Assembly: GCF_009914755.1 (NCBI RefSeq)
Contig: NC_060936.1
DNA: 64,000 nt
Direction: 5' to 3' (one strand)
Source: the human T2T-CHM13v2.0 reference genome, Homo sapiens
Position numbers and translations under genes: made by a program. The notes under the pieces were generated by a model that was given only the letters and a program-made list of their open reading frames with translations, did no database searches and had not been told where the DNA came from. Position 1 is the stretch's first letter, and each line of letters starts with the position of its first letter. Positions 33,473 to 59,738 of this stretch are shown one piece after another.

Positions 33473-34953
33473 TCAAGTCTTCATTTTACAAAGCGGGGAG
33501 GTAGGTAAATACCTAGGGTTTTGTTTTCTGTTTTTTTTTCCCCAAAAAATTAAGGTTTAATGATATCATTAACGTAACCAATAGGAATAATTAAAAATAG
33601 TGGCAGGATTGTGTGGAGAGGAGAGGTAGTCGTGCCTTAGTCATAACAGAAAGTCAATAGATAATGCCTACAGTTGATAAATAACACAAGTATATTTTTA
33701 TGTATTTTTGTTTTTGTTTTCTTGAGATGAGGTCTCATTCCTGTCACCCAGGCTGGAGCGCAGTGCTGCAATCATGACTCCCTGCAGCCTCTACTTCCCG
33801 GGATCAGATGATCCTCCCACCTCAGCCTCCTAAGTAGCTGGGACTACAGGCATGCACAGCCATGCCCAGCTAATTGTTTGTATTTTTAGTAGAGATGGAG
33901 TTTTGCCATGTTGCCCAGGCTGGTCTCAAACTCCTGGGCTCAGGCAACCTGTCCCCCTCAGCCTCCCAAAGTGCTGGGATTACAGGCGTGAGCCACCGTG
34001 CCTGGCCCACAACAATATTTTTAGAGAGATGGAAGTTAACACCAGAAGAACTAAAAGCAAAAAATTAATAGTCTCTGGGGAACAGGGTTAAGACTAGGTA
34101 GGAGTGAGGTAGAAGAACTGAGAACTGTTGCTTTTCTTTTCTTTTGTTCTTTTGTTTTTTTGTTTTTGTTTGTTGTTGTTGTTTTGTTTTGTTTTGTTTT
34201 GTTTTGAGACAGGGTCTTGCTCTGTTGCCCAGACTAGAGTGCAGTGGTGCAATCATAGCTCACTACAACCTGGAGCTCCTGGGCTCGAGTGATCCTCCTA
34301 CCTCAGCCTCCAGACTGGTTCAGACTACAGGCACGTGCCACCATGCCCAGCTAATTTTTTTTAATTTTTAGTAGAGCCAGAGTCTGTCTATGTTGCCCAG
34401 GTCTCAAAATCCTGGGCTCAAGCAATCCTCCCATCTTGGCCTCCCAAAGTGCTGGGATTACTGGCATGAGCCACCATGCCCAGACTGCTTTTAATTATAA
34501 ACCTGAATGTATTTTATTTTTTAAAACCATGTGCAAGGCCAGGAGCAGTGGCTCACACCTATAATCCCAGCAATATGGGAGGCCAAGGTGGGAGGACTGC
34601 TTGAGCTGAGGAGTTGGAGACCCACCTGGGCAACATAGCAAGGCCCCATCTCTACCAAAAAAAAAATATAAAAAATTGGCCGGGCACAGTGACTCACACC
34701 TATAATCCCAGCACTTTGGGAGGCCGAGGCAGGTGGATTGCCTGAGCTCAGGAGTTTGAGACCAGCCTGGCCAACATGGCGAAACCCAGTCTCTACTAAA
34801 AATACAAAAATTAGCCAGCTATGGTGGCATGCACCTGTGGTTCCAGCTACTCAGGAGGCTGAGGGAGGAGAATCAGTTGAACCTAGAAGGCGGAGGTTGC
34901 ATTGAGCTTGCGCCGCTGCACTCCAGCCTGGGCAATAGAGCGAGACTCCATCT

Positions 34954-34956
34954 CAA

Positions 34957-34995
<39 letters not shown>
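34954..34995 (+). repeat. (TAAA)n in an Alu tail
   Basis: Read directly; a second (TAAA)n lies at ~43141-43185. Confidence 0.9.
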
Positions 34996-35245
34996 GCAAG
35001 CTGGGTGTGGTGGTGTGCACCTGTAGTCCTAGCTACTCAGGAGGTAGAGGTGGGAGGATGGCTTGAGCCCAAGAAGTTGAGGCTGCAGTGAGCCGTGATC
35101 CAGCCACTGCACTCCATCCAGGCTGGGTGACAGAGCAAAGCCCCATCTCAAACAAACAAAAAAACATTACTTTCATTTATTTGTTGTTGTTGTTGTTGTT
35201 GTTTTTAAACATGGAGATGAGGTCTCACTATGTTGCCAAGACTGA

Positions 35246-35447
<202 letters not shown>

Positions 35448-35718
35448 TAACTGGGACTACAGTCACGCGCCACCACGCCCAGCTAATTTTTGTATTTTCA
35501 GTAGAGATACTGTCTCTATTTTCAATAGAGACAGTGTTTTGCCATGTTGGCCAGGCTGATCTCCTGACCTCAAGTGATCCATCCACCTTGGCCTCCCAAA
35601 GTGCTGGGATTACAGGTGTCAGCCACTGCACCCAGCCCCAATTTCTTTAAAAAAAGAACAAAAGAAGAAGAAGGAATTAAGATCCTCAACCAAAATGAGT
35701 AGAGATTATTCTCCGTAA

Positions 35719-36216
<498 letters not shown>

Positions 36217-36513
36217 TAGATTAGCTTTTTGAAGGATGTGGTGTAAGACTCCTATATTCTAAATAACTAGAGACTTTTTTCCTTGTATTTTGTCTTCTTT
36301 TTTTTTAAAGAACAATAGGTGTTCATTACATAAAATTAAGGCAAGCAAAATGAAGGCAACAAAATAGCTACAATCCCACAGATCCTGAAAAAATTACTAA
36401 TAAATATGTCTAAATTAATTCATTACAGTTTAGAGAGATTTTAAATCTCTCGCTAAGGGACTAATAGTTCTTATCACCATTCAAGGACAATACAGTAAAA
36501 AATAGTGGTTTGA

Positions 36514-36859
<346 letters not shown>

Positions 36860-37499
36860 TGATCCCAGCATTTAGGGAGGCCAAGGTGGGCGGATCACCT
36901 GAGGTCAGGTGTTCAAGACCAGCCTGGCCAACATGGTGAAACTCTATCTCTAAAAACACAAAACTTAGCCGGGCGTGGTGGTGGTGCATGCCTGTAATCC
37001 CAGCTACTTGGGAGGCTGAGGCGGAAGGATCGCTTGAACCCAGGAGTTGGAGGTTGGAGTCAGCCAGTGCACACCAGCCTGGGCAGCAGAGCAAGACCCT
37101 GTCTAAAAAAAAAAAAAAAAATTCATAAACTGCTATGAAGATGTAAGGATTTATAGGTTTTTACAACAGAAAATGATTTGATTTCAGGCACTAAGTGAAA
37201 AAAAAATTTTTTAAATAGAAAAATGAGACAAAAGCTGTCAAAATAAGCACACTTCTAAAATTAAAGATGTTTTAGCCAGGTGCAGTGGCTCACGCCTGTA
37301 ATCCCAGCACTTTGGGAGGCAAAGATCCCTTGAGCCCAGGAGTTCAAAACCAGCCTGGGCAACATAGTAAAACCCTGTGTCTATTACTATAAATTTTTAT
37401 AAAAAAGAAAAAAATGAAAGGTGTTATTTTTCCTTTCTCTTTTTTAAAGTTCCTGAACCATAGTAGATAGGTCACAATTAGGGATTTAACTCCTTACTA

Positions 37500-38150
<651 letters not shown>

Positions 38151-38284
38151 TGACCTCAAGCAATCTGCCTGCCTTGGCCTCTCAAAGTGCTGAGATTATA
38201 GTCATGAGCCACTGTGCCTGGCTTATTTTTTAAATTACTTCTGCTTTTATTAATATTGCTTCAGAAATCAGAATCCAACTGATT

Positions 38285-38382
38285 AGCTCATTCAACAAAG
38301 ATTTACTGAAATCCTGCTGAGTCCCAAGCACTATTCGAGGTACTGGGGCTATAGCAGTGAAGATCAAGTCCCTGTCCTCAAA
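38285..38382 (-). mobile_element. L2 3' end remnant
   Basis: CATTCAACAAAGATTTACTGA...AAGCACTATTCGAGGTACTGGGG...CAGTGAA...GTCCCTGTCCTCA. Confidence 0.65.
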
Positions 38383-38556
38383 CTGTTGACTATTACTGGT
38401 CACAGGTTTACTAAATCAGCGTGGAGTAATCACTGTTCCCTGATCTCCCCTGGTTTTATGTCCAAGGTGGGTATAATATGCCAGACCACAACCCTTGTCA
38501 ACATTTGGAAATGTTAACATTTCCAAAACATTTCCAAAGATAGGGAGCTAGTGCTA

Positions 38557-38910
<354 letters not shown>

Positions 38911-39471
38911 TTATATATATATAAAAATATATTTTTATTATAAATAATTATATATATAAGTAATATTTTATATGTGTATATATATATATATTTTTTGGAC
39001 ACAGGGTCTTGCTCTGTTGCCCAGGCTGGTGGTGCAATCATAACTCACTTCAGCCACAAACTCCCTACCTCTCGGCCTCCTAAACTGCTGAAATGACAGG
39101 CGCACCCCACACCCAGTGCCTATTAAATTTAAATTCATAAAACCACTTCTCAAAGAGAACCATCTTGTGACAACAAAGACTGCATTGTACACATTCAGTT
39201 AACAAAGAACAATATCAATAGGGCACCACACACCATGATGTAAACTGTATTTAGGGCCATCTAAATAGACTAGTACTTTGAGTGTGTGCAGTTTCACGAT
39301 GAGGGGGGGTTGAACGAGATCTCTTTTAAACTTCCAACCACAAACATTTTTAAGATTCTGTGACTTTTATCAACTAAAGCAAAACATTTGTGAAATTTGC
39401 GTTTGATGCAGCAGTTCTTATCTAATTCAACAAATATTTGTTGAGTACATGGAAAGTTGATTCTATCTTCA

Positions 39472-39855
<384 letters not shown>

Positions 39856-40063
39856 TCACCTGAGGTCAGGAGTTCAAGACCAGCCTGGCCAGGCCAGGCA
39901 CGGTGGCTCACACTGTAATCCCAGCATTTTGCAAGGCCAAGGTGGGCAGATCACAAGGTCAGGAGTTCAAGACTAGCCTGGCCAATATGGTGAAACCCTG
40001 TCTCTACTAAAAATAAAAAAAAAATTAGCCAGGTGTGGCGGCACGTGTCTGTAGTCCCAGCTA

Positions 40064-40259
<196 letters not shown>

Positions 40260-40370
40260 TCAGGAGATCGAGACCATCCTGGCTAACATGGTGAAACCCC
40301 ATCTCTACTAAAAACAAAACAAAACAAAAAAAAGACCAGCTTGGCCACATGGTGAAACCCTGCCCTACTA

Positions 40371-40541
<171 letters not shown>

Positions 40542-40554
40542 TCAAGCAGACTCA

Positions 40555-42740
<2,186 letters not shown>

Positions 42741-43135
42741 ATAAACAAATAAAAGGAATAAACTATTCAAAAAAAAAGTCAAGTAGAGAATGCATGATAA
42801 CCAGGTAGACGAGAGATTTTAGAGAAGAGATTTTTAAATTCGGAGGCAGTTTCAGCCAGGTGAAGTGGGTCACATTTGTAATCCCCACACTTTGGGAGGC
42901 TGAGGTAGGAGGATCACTTGAGTCCAGGAGTTTGAAACCAGCCTGGTCAACATAGCAAGACTTCGTCGATACAAAAAAGCTTCTTAAAAAATTAGATGGG
43001 TGTGGCTCACACCTGTATTCCCAGCTGCTCAAGAGGGTGAGGCATGAGAATCACCTTAGCCTGAGTTCACGGCTACAGTGAGCTATGATTGTGCTACTGC
43101 AGTCTGGTCTGGGTAACAGAGCAAGACCCTGTCCC

Positions 43136-43184
<49 letters not shown>

Positions 43185-43341
43185 ACAGGAGTCAGTTTGA
43201 ACTAAAGTTCTTCCCAACTCTAATATTTTATTATTGTACAGATTCAGCTCTTAGTGTTCAACTCTGACAACTGGATTAATCGCAGCCTTCCTACTCTATC
43301 ATCTAACTGTACAAAAGAGACCAAAATTAAATTTTGGCTAG

Positions 43342-43657
<316 letters not shown>

Positions 43658-44245
43658 TGATCAACCCGCCTCAGCCGCCAAAAGTGCTGGGATTACAGGC
43701 ATGAGGCACTGCGCCAGGCCCTAAATTTTTATTCGTTTATTTATTTTGAGACAGAGTCTCACTCTGTTGCCTGGGCTGAAGTGCAGTGTGCAATCACAGC
43801 TCACTGCAGCCTCGACTTCCCAGGCCTACATGATCCTCCCACCTCAGCCTCCTGAGTAGCTGGGACTACAGGTGCATGCCACCACACGGGCTAGTTTTTG
43901 TATTTTTTGTGGAGACAGGATCTTGTTATGTTGCCCAGGCTGGTCTTGAACTCCTACGCTCAAGCAATCTGCATTCGTGGGCCTCCCAAAGTGCTGGGAT
44001 TACAGGTGTGAACCATCCACCTGGATATTTTTCTTTTCTTTTCTTTCTTCAGACCAGACCTTGGTCTCAGACCGCCCAAGGGATTTGCCATGACTGGAAG
44101 GAAGGAGAGAGGGAAGGTAGGGTTGCTACCCAAGAAGAGCAAAAAAAAAAAAAAAAAAAAAAAATAGGAATTGATATTCAGGTTTTGACATTCAAATGGG
44201 ATTTTAAAAACAGTTTGAGATATAATTTACATACCCTACAATTCA

Positions 44246-44514
<269 letters not shown>

Positions 44515-45018
44515 CTACAGTCTGGGCAACAACAGGGAAACTCTGACTCAAAAAAATAAAAAAGTATATAACTCAATGGGTTTTAATATAATACATTATG
44601 AATTTTTTAGATTGTGGTAAATTATATATAACGTAAACTTTTCCATTTTAATCTTTTTTTTTTTTTCCTGGGAGACGAGGGTCTTGCTTTGTTGCCCAGG
44701 CTGCTCTGGAACTCCCGCCTCAAGTGATCCTCCTCCTTTGCTCTTCCAAAGTGCTGGGATTATGGGTGTGAGCCACTGCATCTGGCCCATTTTAACCATA
44801 AGTGTACAACTCAGTGACATTAATTGCATTTACAATATTGGTGCCACCCCAAATAGGATTTTGCAGAGAAAACAAAGTGGCTTGATATCTCAGCATGGTT
44901 AAGCAACAAAGAATTTTTTTAATTCCTTTATCTTTCATTTGTCATATCAAGGACCCTGAAGGCCAGAGTTTTTGCTATGATATACAGAAGAAACTCCTCT
45001 CTGACATTAAGACTTAGC

Positions 45019-45049
45019 CACTCCAGCCTGGGCGATGAGCGAGACCCTG

Positions 45050-45094
<45 letters not shown>
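45019..45094 (+). repeat. ~32-bp Alu 3' stub plus (CA)21 microsatellite
   Basis: CACTCCAGCCTGGGCGATGAGCGAGACCCTGT, then CA repeat 45052-45094; flanked by GACTTAGCCA on both sides. Confidence 0.85.
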
Positions 45095-45097
<3 letters not shown>

Positions 45098-45199
45098 CTT
45101 AGCCAGCAGGCCAAAAATGGTAAGAAGGAAGATATAACATAGAAGAAATGAAAAAGAGCAGTGTCCTTCCAGGCACAGGAGTCAATGGGGAGAAAGGAA

Positions 45200-45935
45200 G
45201 AGGGACAGAGGTGAGGGAGGCAGATCTATTGACTGAGATCTGGGACAGGGAAGGGAGCCTGTGTCCCCACTCCATATTTGAGCATCTGGAAGAAAACCCT
45301 TGGGCAGGGTGGTGGCCCCATGCCAACATTTTTAAGATGCACGTGGCAAGGTCAGAAGTAAGGAAGATCCAATTTGTGCTCCGAGACTTTCCTTAGACAC
45401 TCAGCAGCATGAATGCCTGGTTGAGAGCTTTGGGTGCCTACTCTGGGACCCATTCTGGCAGTATCATGGCAGAGATTCAGAGGAGTCAGCTGTGCCAGCG
45501 ATTGGAGGGGAGGTTGACTCAGCAGGGAGGAGGCACGGAGTCCTGACTGAGCCAAGAAAGAGCATATGTTAGGAGCGGACTCCAACCACTCAGACACAGA
45601 ACTGGGACGCCGCGTTACAGGACCCAGCTGTGGCTAACATTGCTAATTGCCTCCCCGAGATTCACTCCCCTTTTGTACCAAACAAACCTCTATTTTATGT
45701 GGCATGGCAATGTGCCCAACAATTTATGCTCACCTCCTCAGGCTTCCCCTAGGAAAGTCGGCTAGAGGTGCTTTTGGGAAAAAGTTTTTCCTCTCCTGAT
45801 AAATGGGCACAGACATAGGTGTGCTGTCTGGGGCCAAAGCAGCCATGTTGTTACCCTGCAGTGATGAGGATGATGACAAAAGCCATCAGGCCAAGGTGGC
45901 AGAGCAGAAAGACTGAAAGAACAGGACTACTGTCT
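45200..45935. mobile_element. Old ERV LTR remnants (LTR33-like at ~45630-45935; unassigned LTR-like segment before it)
   Basis: GCAGCCATGTTG...GGTGGCAGAGCAGAAAGA motif; upstream block ends TTACA. Confidence 0.4.
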
Positions 45936-46133
45936 TGGGAAGAGCGCAATTTATCTGGAGCAAATACTTCAATAAGAACCAAATTAGGCTGGGCGCATGG
46001 CTTATGCCTGTAATCCTACCACTTTGGGAGGCCAAGGTGGCAATCCAGCTCAAAAAAAAAAAAAAAAAGAAATTAATGGCTAGCAGACTGATAAACAAAG
46101 GACTTTGTGAAGAAAATAGAAATAGCCGCTTGA

Positions 46134-46259
<126 letters not shown>

Positions 46260-46610
46260 TAGCAGGGACTATAGGTACACACCACCACACCCAGCTAATT
46301 TTTGAATTTTTTATAAAGACAGGGTTTCACCATGTTGCTCAGGCTGGTCTTGAACTCCTAGGGATCAAGCAATTCTCCCTCCTCAGCCTCCCAAAGTGCC
46401 AGGATTACAGGCATGGTGAGCCACCATCCCCAGCCAAGGTAGTTTATCTTACCATTATTTAACTTTCCTGCATCCCTGTGTAAACCTCAGGCTGAACATT
46501 GATGTCGAATGCATGAGTAATCCAATTTTTCTCCAGCATCTATCCTCTACCCTATCTGTTTTTGTTTTTGTTTTTGTTTGGTAGAGATAGGATCTTGCTT
46601 TGTTGCCTAG

Positions 46611-46739
<129 letters not shown>

Positions 46740-47479
46740 TGAGATGGAATCTCGCTCTGTTGTTTAGGCTGGAGTGCAGTGGCGCAATCTCAGCTCACTG
46801 CAACCTCCGCCTCCCAGGTAGGAGCTGGGATTACAAGTGCCTGCCAACACGCCTGGCTAATTTTTGTATTTTTAGTAGAGACAGGTTTTACCATGTTGGC
46901 CAGGCTGGTCTCAAACTCCTGACCTCAAGTGGTCCGCCCACCTCGGCCTCCCAAAGTGCTTGGGATTACAGGCGTGGGCCACCGCACCCAGCCTCTACCT
47001 TGTCTCTTAACTGACTCCTCATTAGCATGTAAATACATTCGAGCTCTTCTATCTTAAAAACAAAATAAAACTAAACAAAACTGTCCCTCAATAGATTTCC
47101 TAGACAAGCTTCTTGAGCTTTATGCCTGGTATCTCTGTTTCCCCTTAGCAATCTTTTGCCCCCATGGTTTAGCTGAAATTGCTATAGCCAACATTATTAA
47201 CAGTCATATCATTTAGTGACCTTAGTGGTATGGCTATCATTGGTGACTTTGGTAGTAGTAGTTTCATCTGAGCAGTGGAGACAAGAATTTGACCCACCTG
47301 AGCTCTTAATAGCATTTTTTTCACTGTTGCCTAGTCTGTCTATGGCATATTGTAAAAAGTGAATGCGGCCGGGCGCAGTGGCTCACGCCTGTAATCCCAG
47401 CACTTTGGGAGGCCGAGGCGGACAGATTACCTGAGGTCGGAAGTTTCAGACCAGCCTGACCAACATGGAGAAAATACTA

Positions 47480-48192
<713 letters not shown>

Positions 48193-48373
48193 TGTCCTCT
48201 TTCCACATCCCCTTCTCAGCTATGTTTTCTGTAACACCATACTCTGCTATTTTCCTCTGTCTTCTCTGGCTGTTCCTTTTCAATCTCTTTGCAAATCTCT
48301 ACCTACCCCTTAAAACTGACATTCCTCAGGGATCTCTTCTAGTTCCTCTTCTCTTCCTACTGGGTTCAAGTAA

Positions 48374-49130
<757 letters not shown>

Positions 49131-49274
49131 TAGCCAGGATGGTCTCAATCTCCTGACCTCGTGATCCACCCGCCTCGGCCTCCCAAAGTGCTGGGATTAC
49201 AGGCTTGAGCCACTGCGCCCGGCCCCCAGCCTGCTAAATCTTTATATCCAGTCCAGAATTCTCTTTTTTTGTAA

Positions 49275-49493
<219 letters not shown>

Positions 49494-49986
49494 TAAAAAA
49501 AAAAAAAAAGAAAAGTGAAAAGAGAACAACAACAAAAAAATAGTTGAGCATGGTGGCATGCGCCTGTGGTCCCAGCTACTCGGGAGGTTGAGGTGGGAGG
49601 ATCCCTTGAAACCAGGAGTTAAAAGGCTACAGTGAGCTATGATTGCACCACTTCACTCTAGCCTGGGTGACAGGGTGGGACTCCATCTTTTAAAAAAATT
49701 TTTGTTGTTGTTGTTTTTTTTTGAGATGGAGTCTCTCTCCATCACCCAGGCTGAAGCGCAGTAGTGCGATCTCAGCTCACTGCAACCTCCACCTCCGGGT
49801 TCAAGCGATTCTCCTGCCTTAGGCTCCCAAGTAGCTGGGACTACAGGTGTCTACCATCACTCCCAGCTAATTTTTTATTTTTAGTAGAGATGAGGGTTCA
49901 TCATGTTGGCCAGTCTGGTCTCGAACTCCTGACCTCAGGTGAACCGCCCGCTTCAGCCTCCCAAAGTGCTGAGATTACAGGTGTGA

Positions 49987-50265
<279 letters not shown>

Positions 50266-50616
50266 TGATCCGCCTGCCTCGGCCTCCCAAAGTGCTGGGA
50301 TTACAGGTGTGAGCCACTGCGCCCGGCCGTCTTTTCATTTATTTAGGTCTTCTTCAATTTCTCTTAACACTATTTTTAGTTTTTCAGTGTATCACAGTAC
50401 CCTCCTTTTTTTTTTTTTCTGTAATGCCTTTGAAAAAATTGGGCTGGTTGTGGTGGCTCATGCCTGTAATCCCAGCACTTTGGGAGGCCAAGGTGGTGGA
50501 TTGCTTGAGCTTAGGAGTTTGAGACCAGCGTGGGCAAAATGGTGAAACCCCCCGTCTCTACTACAAAAAAAAAAAAATTGGCTGGACTTGGTGGTGCGTG
50601 CCTGTAACCCCAGCTA

Positions 50617-50724
<108 letters not shown>

Positions 50725-50963
50725 TCAAAAAAAAAAAAAAAAAAGAAAGAAAGAAAGAAAGAAAAAACTGGGCCAGTTGTCCTATAGAATGTTCTTCCTT
50801 CTGGATTTGTTATTTAACTTTTTTTTAATAGAGACGAGGTGGCGCACACAACCACACCTGGCTAATTTTTTTTTTTTTTTTTTAGTGGAGACAGAGTTTC
50901 ACCATATTGGTCAGGCTGGTCTTGAACTCCTGACCTCGTGATCTGCCCGCCTCAGCCTCCTAA

Positions 50964-51614
<651 letters not shown>

Positions 51615-51974
51615 TAAAGTGATCTGCCCGCCTCAGCCTCCCAAAGTGCTGGGGTTAGAGGCATGAGCCATCGTGCCCGGCCTTTTCTTCTATTTCTTAT
51701 ATTTTCTGCAAACTGGAAGTTAGCCGCCTCGTTTCAGATGAGGCAGAGAAATGAAGAGTTGGTGTCTCTGTGTTGCCCAGGCTGGTCTCGAACTCCTGGG
51801 CTCAGGCAATCCTCCCACTTTGGTTTTCCCGTCCCCAGCCATTACATCTTTTTATAGAGATGGGGTCTCACTATGTTGACCAGGCTGGTCTTGATCTCCT
51901 GGCCTCACGTGATCTTCCTGCCTCTGCCTCCCAAAGTGCTAGGATTACAGACGTGAGCCACTGCTCCCAGCCAC

Positions 51975-55565
<3,591 letters not shown>

Positions 55566-55823
55566 ATACAGTTTTGTATAGAGCTACCCATATATGAGTA
55601 CATGTACAATGGGTGAGATCTACTGAACTCTATAGACCATACCAATGTCTACTTCTTTTTTGGATATTGTACTATATGGTTATGTGTTAACATTCACGAG
55701 GCCAAGGAGAGGATGCCTGGGACTTTCCAGTATGTTGCTTTGCAACTGTCAGTAAATCAATGATTATTTCAGAATAGTAATTTAAAAAAAAAAAAAGACC
55801 TGAGGCAAAATGGTTAGGTTGTT

Positions 55824-55858
<35 letters not shown>

Positions 55859-55971
55859 TTTTGAGACAGAGTCTCACTCTGTCTCCCAGGCTGGAGTTCA
55901 GTGGCATGATCTTGGCTCACTGCAACCTCTGCCTCTCAGGTTCAAGTGATTCTCCTGCCTCAGCCTCCTGA

Positions 55972-56320
<349 letters not shown>

Positions 56321-57754
56321 TAGAGACAAGGTCTCACTTTTTCACCCAGGCTAGAGTGCAATGGCATGACCATAGCTCACTGCAGCCTTGAAGTCCTGGG
56401 CTCAAGGGATCCTCCCGCCGCGGCCTCTCGAGTACCTAGGACTATTTGTGTGCACCACCATGCCAAGCTAATTTTTTTTCTTTAAAAACAAGAAACAGTA
56501 TGTCTTTCTTTTGGCCAGGCTAATTTTTATTTTTATTGTTGTTAGAGATGAGGACTTGTTATGTTGCCCAGGCTACTCTCGAACTCCTGGACTCAAGTGA
56601 TCCTCTCATGCCTCAGCCTCTCAAGTCACTGGGATTACAGGCATGAGCCAACCGCAGCCAGCTCTATCCCTTCTTCCTAAATACCTTTTCATGTGTTGTT
56701 TTTTTTTTTTTTTTGTATATGTACCAAAGTTTGCAATTAATCATGAAGGGATTTATTTTTATTTTATTTTTAGATTTGAACTAGTTATATAAATTATAGA
56801 ACTGGGACATGAATATGGTAATTAATTCAAATACAGAAGAGTAATAAAAATAAAACTCTTTTCTTTGGACCATGAATTTCTCATACTGCTCTCTATATTC
56901 CCTAGAATTTCCTAGCAATGGCTTATAATTGCCCCTTTTCCCCCCAAGTTGGCAGAAAAAACCATTTTTAATCTTAGACTTTTCAATTACTTGCATTATT
57001 TTTGGGGTCCCATATCTTCCTCTATTATTGGTTTTGTTTTGCTTTTTTCATTTTATATTCAAGAATTTCAGCTGGATGAGGTGGCCCATGCCTGAAATCT
57101 GAGCACTGTGGGAGGATTACTTGAGCCTAGGAGTTTGAAACCAGCCTAAGCAACATAGCAAGACCCTGTCTTTACAAAAAATAGTAAAAGATTAGCCGAG
57201 TGTGGTGGTGTGAACCTGTAGTCCCAGCTACTCAGGAGGCTGAGGTGGGAAAATTGCTTGAGCACAGGAGTTCAAGGCTGCAGTGAGCCATCCATGCCAC
57301 TACACTCCAGCCTGGGCCACAGAGCAAAAAAAAAATTCTTCATAATGCATAGCTCAGAGTGGAATTGGTGAGTCATAAGGTATGCACATGTTTAACTTCA
57401 CTGTATATTGCCCAATTACTCTCTAAATGGCAGTTCCAGTTCTACTACATTTCCAGCAGTAGAATTTAAGAATTCCCATTGCAAAGCCTAGCATGATGGC
57501 ACGCACCTGTAGTTCCAGCTACTTGGGAGGCTGAAGCGAGTTGATACCTTGAGCCTAGGAGTTTGAGTCAAACCTGGGCAACACAGTGAGAATCCCTGTC
57601 TTCAAAAAAACAACAACAACAACAACAACAAAAACAAACCCATGCTCATTAACACTTGGTATTATTAGATATTTAAATATTTGTCCAGGCAGGGTGTGAG
57701 GCTCACATCTGTAATCCTAGTACTTGGGGAGGCCAAGCTGAGAGGATCACTTGA

Positions 57755-58213
<459 letters not shown>

Positions 58214-59582
58214 TAGCCGGGATGGTCTCGATCTCTTGACCTCGTGATCCGCCCGCCTCGGCCTCCCAAAGTGCTGGGATTACAGGCTTGAGCCACCGCG
58301 CCCGGCCTCTCTCATGGTTTTAATTTGCTTTTTGCTGATTACTGAGGAACTTGAGAATCTCTTTTTTTTTTTTTTTTTTTTTTTTTGAGATCGAGTCTCA
58401 CTCTATTGCCGAGGCTGGAGTGCAGTGGCACAATCTTAGCTCACTGGTTCAAGTGATTCTTTTGTCTCAGCCTCCCAAGTAGCTGGGACTACAGATGCCC
58501 ACCACCACGCCTCACTAATTTTTTGTATTTTAGTAGAAACGGGGTTTCACCATGTTGCCCGAGCTGGTCTCAAACTTCTAAGCTCAGGCAATCTGCCCAC
58601 CTCGGCCTCCCAAGGTGCTAGGATTACAGGTATAGGCCACCGTGTCCAGCCGACTTCATATCTTTGGCCCATTATTCTGTTGCATTGTCTATTTTTAAAC
58701 TGATTGTAGTGGTTTTTAATATATTATGATTCTATATGTTCCAAATATTTTTTCCCATACGTGCCCTGTTTTTTTTTGTTTTGTTTTGTTGTGTTTTTTA
58801 AATTTTTTTAAATGGTGCTTTTCAATTAATAGATGTTTTTAAAACTCTTAGGTCACAAAGTATTAGCCTATATTTTCCTATAAAATTTTTAAGGTTTTTG
58901 CTTTTATTCTCCTGGGATAGATTTTTTGTGTAATTTATGATGTGAGACAGCAAATCAAAATTATTTAAACTCATATATGTGGGTATTGCACCTAACCATA
59001 TATATACATTCAGCCAGGCATGGTGGCTCACGCCTGGAATCCCAGCACTTTGGGAAGCCGAGGCGGGTGGATCACTTGAGGCCAGGACTTCAAGACCAGC
59101 CTGGCCCACATGGCGAAACCCCGTCTCTATAAAAAATACAAAAATTAGCCGGGTGTGGTAGCACCTGCCTGTAGTCCCAGCTACTTGGGAGGCTGAGGCA
59201 GAGAATTGCTTGGACCCGGGAGGCGGAGGTTGCAGTGAGCAGAGATCGCACCACTGCACTCCAGCCTGGGCAACAGAGCAAGACTCTGTCTCAAAAAAAA
59301 ATTAACAAAGTATATATATATAAATATATGTATTCCAGTAACAATATAAAATGTAACATACATATATGTGTAATATAGTTTAGTTAACATGTATTACAAA
59401 GTTAATATATTAAATAATACATGTTATATATTATCTATTACAACTTATCTTTTATATATACACACACACCCACACTCTTTAGTTAATACATATATTAGGG
59501 GAATATATAGATAGACCTCTAGATAGACCTCTTTCCATATCAGAAGATGTAGATTACCTTATATTAAAAAAATTTTTTTTGA

Positions 59583-59738
<156 letters not shown>

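Noticed and set aside
59509-59531. Small tandem duplications (AGATAGACCTCT x2; also ~10528-10577 and ~59697-59722)
   Set aside because: Ordinary slippage events with no functional indication.
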